A program made the position numbers and the translations under genes. The notes beneath the pieces are model-generated. The model did no database searches. It saw only the letters and a list, made by a program, of their open reading frames with translations, and had not been told where the DNA came from. A stretch of 64,000 nt of DNA, taken from contig CAXXXD010000001.1 of the NCBI GenBank assembly GCA_963663385.2, forward strand, positions 512,001 through 576,000, given 5' to 3'. Each line of letters starts with the position of its first letter. Position 1 is the stretch's first letter. Positions 37,795-47,362 of the stretch are shown piece after piece. The DNA comes from Oceanispirochaeta sp. (lineage in GTDB: Bacteria; Spirochaetota; Spirochaetia; DSM-2461).

Positions 37795-39414
37795 TCACTT
37801 TGACAGGAGCGAAGGGTTCAGGATCAGGATGGCTTCCAGAACGCCCCCTGCAATAGCCCGGGCTTTATCCGAAATAATTCTGCAGTAGGAATCGTCCCCT
37901 CTGGGGTCTACATCAGCAATCTTGAATCCTGTCGTAACGGGCGTTCCATCAGCAATCATCCCCCGGACAACTCCGTCCAGAGGACTGTAGACAGCCGTCT
38001 CTCCCGACCGGGCAATAAGATCGCCTTTTCTGACAAGACTGCCGATATCCTTAACAACTTCCATAATCCCGTCCGATGGAGCCCGCACAACCCTTTCCGC
38101 TGTAAATCCGGCTATATTGCCGGGAACTCCCGTGTTTGCTTCCGCCTGCCCTTCCCGTATAATTTTACCAAGGTTATGGCCCCGGTTTGTTTCAATAACC
38201 GCATGAACATCCGTCCCTGCCGTAAAGCCCGGCCCCAGACCGATTACGACAGGAGCCATATCCATTCGGGTCCCTCCGCAATTACTTTTGGCTATTATGG
38301 CATCTACAACAATTTCCGGTTTGAGTCGCTTAATCCATTCCCCGTCGGGATCCGGCAGAACAGGGATATTCCCTTTCTCCCATGCCGTATGGATATCTTC
38401 TTCACTCAGAGCTTTTACCGCTTTTATATCTTCTACCGTATACTCTCCTTCAACCAGGGACTGGGCAAAGGCAACGGTCCGGCGGATAACGGTCGGTTTT
38501 TCCATATCAAGAGCCGCGACCCGGAAGCCGCAGCGGTGCAGTTTGCTGATGGTTCCTGTAGCCAGGTCTCCTGCTCCCCGTATAATAGCCAGAGGTGCCG
38601 TCCTGTTTTGATTACTGAGAGAAAGTGATTTCCCGGAGGTCCTGCTCTGCTGCTGCATAATTTCAGCCAGAATACTGAGGGAAATTTCCTCCGGAGTTTC
38701 TGTTCCTATGTCCAGACCGACAGGAGCATAGACCCTGTCCAGATCCTTATGAGTGAATCCCGCCTCAATCATTTTTTCAAAAAAGAGTTTAACCTTTTTT
38801 TTACTGCCCAGGAGTCCAATATACTCTGTGGAAGTTCCCAGGGCTTCCCTGAGCGCGCTGACATCGTGTTCGTGAGTAGCAATAAGCAGAGCTGTCTTAT
38901 TGCTGATCCATTCTCTTTCAATGCCGGTTTTAAGCAGGCTCTCGGCACTGGTTCCCGTGATACGATCCAGGGCTCCCGGAAAGCGCTCTGCTGAAACCAT
39001 CTCCGGTCTGGTATCGGCTACCACATAGGGGTAACCGAGGTAGTCCGCCAGCCGGGATACAGCCAGGTTCACATGTCCGCCGCCGGTCAGGAAGAGGGAG
39101 GGCTTGGGCAGGAAAACCTCAATAAAAAACTCCATATCCCCGCCGCATACCATACCGATGCTCTTTTCGGATTTTCCGCTGTCCAGTTTATAGGAAACAG
39201 AACGGGATTCCCCCTCTTTCAGGCATTCCACAGCTGAGCGGATCAGCATCTCTTCCGCTTTTCCACCGCCGATGGTACCGAAGCTTGTACGGTCCGGAAG
39301 GACAATCATTCTGCCCTGACTGCGGGGGGCAGAGCCCTTTGAAGATGTTATGGTAACCAGGGCAAACGCCTTATTGCTGTTTTCAAGGGCAGCGGCTTTT
39401 TCAAAGAGGGACAT
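37795..39414 (-). CDS. yqeB: XdhC-YqeB fusion, selenium-dependent molybdenum hydroxylase system protein
   Basis: N-terminal XdhC part (GSAPR, GTIGGG, GMVCGG, VGLDIGTETPEEI); C-terminal RGAGDLATG, IRRTVAF, VIETNRGHNLG and ISDKARAIAGGVLEA. ACAGGAG RBS before ATG 39414. Confidence 0.9.
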   Translation of the reverse strand: MSLFEKAAALENSNKAFALVTITSSKGSAPRSQGRMIVLPDRTSFGTIGGGKAEEMLIRSAVECLKEGESRSVSYKLDSGKSEKSIGMVCGGDMEFFIEVFLPKPSLFLTGGGHVNLAVSRLADYLGYPYVVADTRPEMVSAERFPGALDRITGTSAESLLKTGIEREWISNKTALLIATHEHDVSALREALGTSTEYIGLLGSKKKVKLFFEKMIEAGFTHKDLDRVYAPVGLDIGTETPEEISLSILAEIMQQQSRTSGKSLSLSNQNRTAPLAIIRGAGDLATGTISKLHRCGFRVAALDMEKPTVIRRTVAFAQSLVEGEYTVEDIKAVKALSEEDIHTAWEKGNIPVLPDPDGEWIKRLKPEIVVDAIIAKSNCGGTRMDMAPVVIGLGPGFTAGTDVHAVIETNRGHNLGKIIREGQAEANTGVPGNIAGFTAERVVRAPSDGIMEVVKDIGSLVRKGDLIARSGETAVYSPLDGVVRGMIADGTPVTTGFKIADVDPRGDDSYCRIISDKARAIAGGVLEAILILNPSLLSK

Positions 39415-40192
39415 GGCAACTCCTGTATTCACTGTGTTTTTCTATATAAGGATTTGTATAATCCGATAGTTTCGTTATCAGTACCGTATCAATTCCCGAT
39501 TTCCGGTTTTGAACACTGCGGCAGAGATCCATTACCCGGGAAAGGAGGTCCGGATCATCCTTCAGGCAGTCGGATTTGTTCAGGACAAGTACCCGGCGGG
39601 ATCCGGAGGGTGTTCCCTTGAAGAGCCCTTCGGGATGCCGGATTATTCTGACGAGATGGTCCGTCGAAACCGGGTCGCCTTCGTTCAGATCTATCCTCTC
39701 CCGTACCAGGGGAAAGCGGTGAATGGTTTGGGAGGATGCCCTCTGTCCCAGTATATCGAGCCCTATGACACCGATGGTTACGGATGTTTTCCGTGGTATC
39801 TGAGGCTCATGGTCAGCCGGCATTTTAAGGGCCCTTTCCGATGCGCCATCCGCCTCAATCAGGGTCAGAGGCCATCTTTCCCCCTGCCATTGGTCCAGTT
39901 CTCCGGGGAGGAACCCGCGAATCTTCTCTTTTACACCCGAAACCATAGATACGGCTATCAGGCAGGGGGAGTGTACGGTAAGAGATGGCCAGTCTGACTG
40001 CGGCATTATCTGTATGGATCTGAAAGGGTGTTTCCCAATCCGGGGGTGACGCATCATTGTTGTAGTTGTAGAAAGGGTTTTTCCCAGGCGGCGTTCCTCC
40101 GCCAGGGCATAAAGAAGAGATGTTTTTCCTCCGGCTCCTACAATACTGCAAATATCACCGCTCTGTAACTGCAGTTCTTCTGTCAGGGACAT
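39401..40192 (-). CDS. yqeC: Selenium cofactor protein YqeC
   Basis: SIVGAGGKTSL, STTTTMM, LIEADGAS..LKMPADHEP and HPEGLFKG motifs. Confidence 0.9.
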   Translation of the reverse strand: MSLTEELQLQSGDICSIVGAGGKTSLLYALAEERRLGKTLSTTTTMMRHPRIGKHPFRSIQIMPQSDWPSLTVHSPCLIAVSMVSGVKEKIRGFLPGELDQWQGERWPLTLIEADGASERALKMPADHEPQIPRKTSVTIGVIGLDILGQRASSQTIHRFPLVRERIDLNEGDPVSTDHLVRIIRHPEGLFKGTPSGSRRVLVLNKSDCLKDDPDLLSRVMDLCRSVQNRKSGIDTVLITKLSDYTNPYIEKHSEYRSCHVPL

Positions 40193-40269
40193 AGCAGTAT
40201 TCTAAATCCATTGGTAATCCGGGGCAATCCCCATTCAAACCTGTCGGACCAATTTATTATTGGGTCGTT

Positions 40270-40824
40270 TTATGGTGAGTAGGGGATCGTAAGATCGAAA
40301 AGGAAGAGCGATGGAATTTCCTCCGGAAATTCCCGGCTTAAGCGGGAGAGACGGAGGTAGTACAGCTTTTCCTTTTCAAGTTCATCTTTCCGTTCCTGTC
40401 TTACCATCTCTGTATCAACATCTTCTCCTTTTCCGCAGCCCGGGCAATCCGGGTGAGGAGGGACGAAGCCGAATGAATCTTCTCCGCTCTCCAGATCCAG
40501 TTCTCGGGTTATAGGAGCCAGATAGCAAACCAGCGGCTTATGATCAGGGTGAAGGGAACAGCGGCCCCGAAGGCCGTCCTCCTCGTTGAAATCGTTTATC
40601 AGGAAAGGACAGAAGGAAAAGGGATAGGTTTTAAAGAGAATCCTGGGCAGGGTGATGCCGTTCTGCCCCTGATCCCAGGTTATCAGTTTTCTTTCTAATA
40701 GTTCTTCCGTATGGGAGAGTTTGAGATAACGTCCCATCTTGTAGAGATCATAGGGGTTCAGAAAAACTTTCATGCTGCCGCTGCAGCACTCCCCGCAGAG
40801 GGTGCAGGTAAACTTATTGTCCAT
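40270..40824 (-). CDS. YkgJ-family cysteine cluster protein
   Basis: FTCTLCGECC, CPFL, CSLHPDHKPLVCYLAP and CPGCG motifs. Confidence 0.85.
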   Translation of the reverse strand: MDNKFTCTLCGECCSGSMKVFLNPYDLYKMGRYLKLSHTEELLERKLITWDQGQNGITLPRILFKTYPFSFCPFLINDFNEEDGLRGRCSLHPDHKPLVCYLAPITRELDLESGEDSFGFVPPHPDCPGCGKGEDVDTEMVRQERKDELEKEKLYYLRLSRLSREFPEEIPSLFLFDLTIPYSP

Positions 40825-40828
40825 ATTT

Positions 40829-41614
40829 TCAGGGCCTCGGACAGATTGCCAGGCTGTAAAAATTGCCTTTGCTGTCAATCCAGCGTGAGAGAATATAGGC
40901 CTGTTGTATGGAGCCGGCAGCCTTTTCTACAACGCTTGACTGACCGGTGGATCCATAATTACTCTGCCAGTCGCTCTGGGTGGCATTAAACTGCCCCTTT
41001 CTCTGTTCCAGCAGGGTTGCCAGGGCGTTCTTGTCCGCCTGCTGCAGGGTCCGTTCAAGAAAACGCTTTTTTCCGGTAAATCCGACGGCTGTCTGATACC
41101 CCGGTATTTCTATGGACTGGCTGATCCAGTCCGGTTCAGAGTGTTGACCCGCCGGTTTATAAGAGAGTTTAAACAGCCTATCTGAAGATACTGAGAAAAG
41201 AGCTGCTGTACCTTCTTCGGTTTCTATTTCCTTTACAAGTTCCAGGTTCTCCGCCAGTCTTTCGGCCAGGTCATCATTAAAAGCAATACCGCTTGCTTCT
41301 GTTACGATTGTTCCTCTGGTATTTTCACTGGTCTTGCTGTAGGTCGCGCCGTTTATCTGATGAAACCGGGAGTACTGCCGGGCTGCTTCCATTCGGCAGC
41401 TTTCAATCTCCCTGTCCCTGTACTGTTCCCTTGTAACGGCTGTAAAAAAGAAAAGCTTCCCCTCCGAAGGTGAAAGATCAAACATAAGGGAGGAGATTTC
41501 TTCCATCTGTTCCTCTGCAGAAGAGGGGGATACAGGCTCTTTCTTCGCTGTAGTCTGGCAGGAGACAGACAACAGCAATATAAAAACCGCACCAAGGCAA
41601 AAAGGGTATTTCAT
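40829..41614 (-). CDS. Lipoprotein (LPP20-like), function unknown
   Basis: Lipobox LSVSC; PDWI and YQTAVG segments. Confidence 0.6.
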   Translation of the reverse strand: MKYPFCLGAVFILLLSVSCQTTAKKEPVSPSSAEEQMEEISSLMFDLSPSEGKLFFFTAVTREQYRDREIESCRMEAARQYSRFHQINGATYSKTSENTRGTIVTEASGIAFNDDLAERLAENLELVKEIETEEGTAALFSVSSDRLFKLSYKPAGQHSEPDWISQSIEIPGYQTAVGFTGKKRFLERTLQQADKNALATLLEQRKGQFNATQSDWQSNYGSTGQSSVVEKAAGSIQQAYILSRWIDSKGNFYSLAICPRP

Positions 41615-41674
41615 AAAATAACACTCCTATGCAGTGAGTATTATGAAATTTTCTGGAATTTGCAACTATTCAGC

Positions 41675-42805
41675 CTATTCCGGACCGTAGGAGTGGTAGA
41701 GTTTATCCAGAGGGTTCTTCTCCAGAATTTCAGAGTAATCGTCCAGCCAGTAGGCATTGGAATTCCGTTTCAGAATCAGGAAACTGCCGCTATCCGCGTC
41801 ATCGGCTGCCCTGTGATACTTCATGTAGATCTTCTCTTCATCAATTCCGACAACTTCAATCTTTCCCGTCATATGGGACATGACAAAGCGGGCTCTTTTG
41901 CCCAGACCGGAAACCCTGGTTCTTGCCAGCTCGAATATTTCATAACCCCTTTCGATAGGAACGGCATAGTCCGAATTCCCTGATGCCGGGCGGCACTGAA
42001 AAATATAGTAGGGGGGGACTCCCTGAAAAGAGAGCTCTCTGAACAGGTCACCCAGGGCTTCCTCAGAATCGTTGACCCCCTTGATAATAGGTGTCTGATT
42101 AGCCAGTTCCGCGCCGGTCTGTCTCAGGAGACGGATGGCATCCTTTGCCTGGGGAGTCAGTTCCCTTATATGATTGAAGTGGGTCATAATATAAATCTGC
42201 TTCCCCTTTTCCACAATTTCTCTGAGGAGAGATAAAAGCTCTCTGTCTTCCAGGATCCTGAAAGGATCAAATGCGGGAATTTTTGATCCAATCCTGATTA
42301 TACGTACATGTTTAATCGGGAGGAGTGCTTCCAGGTAAACCCTCAGCTTATGGGTGCTGAGAACAAGGGGGTCTCCGCCGGTCAGCAGGACATTTGTAAT
42401 CTCCTTATGGTTCTCAATATACTCCACCGCGCCGTCAATATCTCTGAGAACGGCATCGTTTCCTTTCATAAAGACCCTTTTCCGGAAGCAGTAGCGGCAG
42501 ATCCCTCCGCAGACATTGCTGATCAGCATTAATGCGGTTGAGTTGTATTTGTGTTCCAGGCCGGGAAGGATTGTAAAGTTCTTTTCTTCTGAGGGGTCGA
42601 GTTTTCCCCACTCATTCAGTTCCTTGATTGAGGGAATAATCAATCGGCGGATGGGATCATCCGGATCATCCCAATTAATAAGAGAGTTGTAGTAACTGTT
42701 TGTTCTGAACTGGTAAGTCTCAGATACTTTTTTTATTTCCTCCACAACGGAGGTGGGGGTATTTTCCGGAAGATGATCCGGGTTATTGATGAATTTTATA
42801 TTCAC
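41675..42805 (-). CDS. KamA-family radical SAM aminomutase
   Basis: GLEHKY, CGGICRYCFRKR, VLLTGGDPL, THFNH, NQTP and PYYIFQC motifs; GTG start with AGGAG RBS. Confidence 0.9.
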   Translation of the reverse strand: MNIKFINNPDHLPENTPTSVVEEIKKVSETYQFRTNSYYNSLINWDDPDDPIRRLIIPSIKELNEWGKLDPSEEKNFTILPGLEHKYNSTALMLISNVCGGICRYCFRKRVFMKGNDAVLRDIDGAVEYIENHKEITNVLLTGGDPLVLSTHKLRVYLEALLPIKHVRIIRIGSKIPAFDPFRILEDRELLSLLREIVEKGKQIYIMTHFNHIRELTPQAKDAIRLLRQTGAELANQTPIIKGVNDSEEALGDLFRELSFQGVPPYYIFQCRPASGNSDYAVPIERGYEIFELARTRVSGLGKRARFVMSHMTGKIEVVGIDEEKIYMKYHRAADDADSGSFLILKRNSNAYWLDDYSEILEKNPLDKLYHSYGPE

Positions 42806-42971
42806 GAGAGACTCCTGTGTTTTGAATTGGAAGCTATCCATTATATCACAGAAGTATCCGGTTTCACTGAAAAATCTGCTGTATGCTATCGCAAAAGAGG
42901 GATCAAAAGGGTTATATTTGGTATTCTTAAGTAAGAAGAACGTAATATCAGGGGATGCAGGAGGTCTTCCT

Positions 42972-43178
42972 ATGGAGAAAAACTGGAGATGCCCGAAGTG
43001 CGGCAATACAAGTTATGAAACAGATCAGTTTGCGGCTACAGGCGGCGGCTTTTCCAAGGTTTTTGATGTGCAGAACAAGAAATTTACTACAGTAACGTGC
43101 TCCCGCTGCCGGTTTACCGAATTGTATAAGGCGGAAACCAGCGCTCTGGGAAATATTTTCGATTTTTTTACCAACTGA
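42972..43178 (+). CDS. Small zinc-ribbon protein (DUF2082-like)
   Basis: CPKCG...SKVFDVQNKKF...CSRCRFTELY; GGAGG RBS. Confidence 0.8.
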   Translation: MEKNWRCPKCGNTSYETDQFAATGGGFSKVFDVQNKKFTTVTCSRCRFTELYKAETSALGNIFDFFTN

Positions 43179-43499
43179 TTATTCGGTTTCGGCTGCCGGA
43201 TCTTCTTTCCTGTTGCGGGCGGCGTAATGAAGGAACTCCCGATACTCTTTTTCGGCCATATTTACGGCATCGTTTCTCAGGTCTTCAAAGTTTTCTCTGA
43301 ACCCTCTATCCGCCGAAGGGGATTTTACGGGCATGAACAGGGCTGCCAGGATATAGGCTGCCAGAACATACCAGCCCCGGAACAGGACTGCTGCCAGAAT
43401 AAGGATTATTCTGGTGTATCTGGCAGGAAACCCTGTCGATTCTTCAACCCCTTTACAGACACCGAATACCTGTCCGTCTCTTGATCTGTATACTTTCAT
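43179..43499 (-). CDS. PspC domain protein
   Basis: YRSRDGQVFGVCKGV..RII..AYILAALFMP; start uncertain. Confidence 0.8.
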   Translation of the reverse strand: MKVYRSRDGQVFGVCKGVEESTGFPARYTRIILILAAVLFRGWYVLAAYILAALFMPVKSPSADRGFRENFEDLRNDAVNMAEKEYREFLHYAARNRKEDPAAETE

Positions 43500-43703
43500 G
43501 ATCATCCTCTCTTTTATTATGATATCCATATACATTATTGCAATTTATATGCCATTTGAAATTATCAGGTTTACGGGGGGCTTTACAGGTAATATAGACC
43601 CTTTTCCGGTATAAAATACCTGAGGGGAGGCAAGCAAAAAGGGCATGAATATGTTATTCTCCTGTCATGATTTTAACAGATTCTCTATTATCGGGAAATC
43701 TTT

Positions 43704-44939
43704 ATGGGTAAAGACAAATTTGACTTGATAATAATAGGAGCAGGGCCTGCCGGTTTGTTTGCGGCATTAACAGCGGCCTCCGCCGGTATGCATGTGGCCG
43801 TTCTGGAAAAAAACGCCCAGCCCGGCAAGAAGCTCCTGGTTTCCGGTTCGGGGCAATGTAATGTTACCCATACCGGCGAAGTCCGTGACCTCCCTCTGCT
43901 TTTCGGTAAGGCTAAACGCTTTGTTCAGCCTTCCTTTCTGAACTACAGCAACGAACAGCTGGTCCGTTTTTTTTCGGACAGGGGAGTTCCCCTTGAAGAC
44001 CGGGGGGATGGCAAAATCTTTCCTGTGTCCAGACGCAGCCGGGATATTCTGGAGGCTCTATTGAAGGAGTGCCATCTGCATAAGGTGCGTTTTCTCTATA
44101 AATCCCCAGTATCGGCTGTAAAAAAATCCGGAGAATCTTTTCTTGTGACGGCGGATCGGCAGTATTCCTCGGATCTGCTTCTGATTGCCTGCGGAGGGAA
44201 ATCCTATCCGTCTACAGGTTCCGCAGGAGACGGATATCATCTGGCAGAATCCCTGGGGCATACAATTGTATCACCCGTTCCGGCGTTGACTCCGGTCTTC
44301 CTTCAGGATAATCCTTTTGTCAGTTGTTCGGGTATCTCCTTTTGCTCCACTGTGCAGGTGTTCCGGGAGAAGAAAAAGAAAGGAGAGTTTGAAGGAGACC
44401 TTCTGCTGACCCACAAAGGATTGTCCGGGCCGGTAATTCTGAATAACAGCAGGGATATTTGTCCGGGAGACAGTCTGAAGATCCGGATTATAGACAGGCA
44501 GAACCGGATGGATTTTCAGGAGGAACTGCTGCAAAGTGCAGCTGCATCCGGGAAAAAATCCTTAAGACGTTATCTGAATGCTTCTGGTATACCGGAGCGG
44601 CTTGTTGATGTCCTGCTGAAAAGCTGCGGTATCCGGGAGGACACGGTTCTGTCTCAATTGAGTCGCAAGGGGCGGATGCAACTGCTGGATTGCCTTTACA
44701 GTTTTCCTGTTAAGGTTCAGGGGATGGGCGGATTCAGCATTGCCATGGTGACCGCCGGGGGGGTCTCTCTGGATGAAGTCGCTCCCAAAAGCATGGAGTC
44801 AAAAACTGTGAGAGGTCTTTTTTTTGCAGGAGAGGTCCTGGATGCGGATGGCGATACGGGGGGATACAATCTGCAGTTCGCCTTCTCTTCCGGAAAACTG
44901 GCTGCGGATAATATTGTGAAAAGCTGGAAGAAGAAGTGA
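43704..44939 (+). CDS. HI0933/YhiN-family flavoprotein
   Basis: GAGPAG, GKKLLVSGSGQCNVT, VTAGGV and GGYNLQFAFSSG motifs. Confidence 0.92.
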   Translation: MGKDKFDLIIIGAGPAGLFAALTAASAGMHVAVLEKNAQPGKKLLVSGSGQCNVTHTGEVRDLPLLFGKAKRFVQPSFLNYSNEQLVRFFSDRGVPLEDRGDGKIFPVSRRSRDILEALLKECHLHKVRFLYKSPVSAVKKSGESFLVTADRQYSSDLLLIACGGKSYPSTGSAGDGYHLAESLGHTIVSPVPALTPVFLQDNPFVSCSGISFCSTVQVFREKKKKGEFEGDLLLTHKGLSGPVILNNSRDICPGDSLKIRIIDRQNRMDFQEELLQSAAASGKKSLRRYLNASGIPERLVDVLLKSCGIREDTVLSQLSRKGRMQLLDCLYSFPVKVQGMGGFSIAMVTAGGVSLDEVAPKSMESKTVRGLFFAGEVLDADGDTGGYNLQFAFSSGKLAADNIVKSWKKK

Positions 44940-44958
44940 GAAGGCGTTTACGACTGCA

Positions 44959-44988
44959 CCCCTCCTGAGGAGGGGTTGGGGGAGGTCT
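44959..44988 (-). repeat. REP-like palindromic repeat, copy A
   Basis: Reverse complement AGACCTCCCCCAACCCCTCCTCAGGAGGGG is 28/30 identical to 63299-63328. Confidence 0.75.
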
Positions 44989-46402
44989 ACTCTCTTCCTC
45001 CCAGGAACTGTGACGCCTCGCCTACTTCCAGGAAGTTTGTTACATAGGCATGTTTGGGTGACGAACCCACCATCATGACCAGATCGGTATCTCTGATAAC
45101 ATCTGCATCCAGAAGGGTTTTAATGGATTCGCTTACCATCTCATCAAGGGTTTCCTGACTCTTCAGAATATAGGCATCCACACCGAAGCTCAGGGACAGC
45201 TGACGGACAACCGTCGGATCGGGAGACAGGGCCATTACGGGAATTTTGCCTCTGAAGGCCGAGAGCAGTCTGGCTGACCGGCCGGTATCGGTCTGAATTA
45301 TAATGGCCTGGGTCTTAAGGATCTTTGCTGTGTTGACAGCCGATTTGATCAGCTGAAAACGGACCGGATGCATCTCTACAAGCTTGCTCTCCTTCAGGTT
45401 GGGTTTCATCTGATCTTCCATTTTCCGGGCAATGGCAGCCATGGTCTGAACCGATTCCAGTGGGTAGTCCCCGTAGGCTGTCTCTCCCGAAAGCATGACC
45501 GCATCGGTCCCGTCCATTACCGCATTGGCCACATCGCTGACCTCCGCTCTGGTCGGTCTGGGGTTCTTAATCATACTGTGCAGCATCTGAGTGGCTGTAA
45601 TAACAACTTTCCGTCTCTTCACACACTTGCGGATCATCTTTTTCTGGGCAATGGGTACATCCTCGGCAGGCAGTTCTATTCCAAGGTCCCCTCTGGCAAC
45701 CATTACGCCGTGGCAGTGATCCAGGATTTCATCCAGGTTGTTGATCCCCTCATTGTTTTCAATTTTCGCTATGATTTTAATCGGGCTGTTATATTTGTCC
45801 AGAATCTTCTGAACCGCTATAACATCTTCCTTGTTCCGGACAAAGGAGTGGGCAATAAAATCCAGCCCCTTCTTTGCGGCAAAGTGTATAAACTCTTCAT
45901 CTTTCTCTGTCAGAGGCGGGAGGGGTATGGGAATCCGGGGAACGTTGACACTTTTCTTATTGGCAATTTTCCCGTCGTTATTAACAATGCAGCGCAGTGA
46001 ATCATCCTTACGGTCGATGATAACCATGGAGAGTTCTCCGTCGTCAATGAGAACTTCCGTTCCCCTTTTCATTTCTGAACAGAAACGGTTATAGCTGACC
46101 GAAAAATGTTTCCCTTTACAGTCGCTGCCTGGAGGAACAATAAAAACTTCCTCTCCCTCTTTGACCGGGAGGGGTTCTTCAATATTGATCGTTCTGATTT
46201 CAGGTCCTTTCGTATCGATTAAAATGGCGGCTTTTTCGGAGACTTCTCTTATTCTCTCAATTATCAGAGAGGATTCATCCGGTGTCTGATGCGCCGTGTT
46301 CAGACGGAATGTCCCGGCTCCGGCATTGAATAAGTTTCGGATGAATTCGGTATCATTGTGCACTCCGATTGTTGCGACAATTTTGGTTCTCGGTTTTTTC
46401 AA
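44987..46402 (-). CDS. pyk: Pyruvate kinase
   Basis: RTKIVATIG, DTKGPEIR, IIAKIEN, MVARGDLG and DAVMLSGETA motifs; likely TTG start at 46402. Confidence 0.97.
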   Translation of the reverse strand: MKKPRTKIVATIGVHNDTEFIRNLFNAGAGTFRLNTAHQTPDESSLIIERIREVSEKAAILIDTKGPEIRTINIEEPLPVKEGEEVFIVPPGSDCKGKHFSVSYNRFCSEMKRGTEVLIDDGELSMVIIDRKDDSLRCIVNNDGKIANKKSVNVPRIPIPLPPLTEKDEEFIHFAAKKGLDFIAHSFVRNKEDVIAVQKILDKYNSPIKIIAKIENNEGINNLDEILDHCHGVMVARGDLGIELPAEDVPIAQKKMIRKCVKRRKVVITATQMLHSMIKNPRPTRAEVSDVANAVMDGTDAVMLSGETAYGDYPLESVQTMAAIARKMEDQMKPNLKESKLVEMHPVRFQLIKSAVNTAKILKTQAIIIQTDTGRSARLLSAFRGKIPVMALSPDPTVVRQLSLSFGVDAYILKSQETLDEMVSESIKTLLDADVIRDTDLVMMVGSSPKHAYVTNFLEVGEASQFLGGRE

Positions 46403-46634
46403 ACTAATTTCCTTTATCTGCCGTCCCTCTGACGGTAAAATTTTTCCCACAGGATAGATAATTTCTGCAGGAATGGATAGGTAGAAATCCTATATATCCT
46501 AAAATCCATTCTCTTACAGCTTTTAATTATAGGACCCTATCCCGCAGAGTTCCTCAATAATAGTATATTTTCTGATTAAATCATATTTTCAGCTCTTCCG
46601 CTGAAATTGTAAGAGCGCAGACAAGGGTTAAGGG

Positions 46635-47348
46635 CTAGAAAGTACAGCTGTTCAATTCTTTTTTAAGATGCCGCCAGACCGGCAGATGCCGGTCCATCAG
46701 CTTTCTGAAACGAGGCCCGTGATTTCCTTCCAGAAGGTGAACCATCTCGTGTACAACCACATATTCCAGGCAGGAGTCGGATACCATGGCCAGATCCAGA
46801 TTCAGCCAAATCCTTTTTTTTAAGGTGTGGCAGCTTCCCCATCTGGTTTTCATTTTTCTGATATTCCAGAAGGAGGGCGATTCTCCGATTTCTCCGGACC
46901 AGCGGCAGATAAGAGGAGCCGTTCTGGTCTTCAGGTCCTGCCGCATCCACTCCTTCAGCAGGGCTTCTCTTTTTGAGGAATCGTACTCCTTTTGGACGGG
47001 CAGGAAGATTGTATCACCGCTAATATAAACAGATTTACTGTTGCTGCTGGTTTCCAGTTGCAGGGTATAAGTGTTTCCTCTGAACTTTATTTCCTCACCC
47101 GAAACATAAAATCGGGGGATTTCAGGTCTTCGGGTTCTGATCCGTTCCGCATGTTTTCGGATCCACTCCAGTCTGGATAGGACAAAACGCCGGACTTCCT
47201 GTTCGTTCAAATAGTTAGGAGCCGAAATTCTGACCTCTCCCGCAGGGGGCCGGACAGTCAGGCGAAGGTTTTTGATTTCTTTGAATGTTACCTGAATAGG
47301 GAACTCTCCGACTTGCAGGGTGATGATCCTGTTCCGTTTTTTTTTCAT
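46635..47348 (-). CDS. YgjP/DUF45 (M48-like) metal-dependent hydrolase
   Basis: MKTRWGSC and YVVVHEMVHLLEGNH motifs. Confidence 0.9.
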   Translation of the reverse strand: MKKKRNRIITLQVGEFPIQVTFKEIKNLRLTVRPPAGEVRISAPNYLNEQEVRRFVLSRLEWIRKHAERIRTRRPEIPRFYVSGEEIKFRGNTYTLQLETSSNSKSVYISGDTIFLPVQKEYDSSKREALLKEWMRQDLKTRTAPLICRWSGEIGESPSFWNIRKMKTRWGSCHTLKKRIWLNLDLAMVSDSCLEYVVVHEMVHLLEGNHGPRFRKLMDRHLPVWRHLKKELNSCTF

Positions 47349-47362
47349 TTATGCAGATTGTA

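Noticed and set aside
42806..43006. N-terminal extension of the KamA ORF (and of the opposite ORF from 42786)
   Set aside because: Both genes have better RBS-supported internal starts, which leave a normal divergent spacer.
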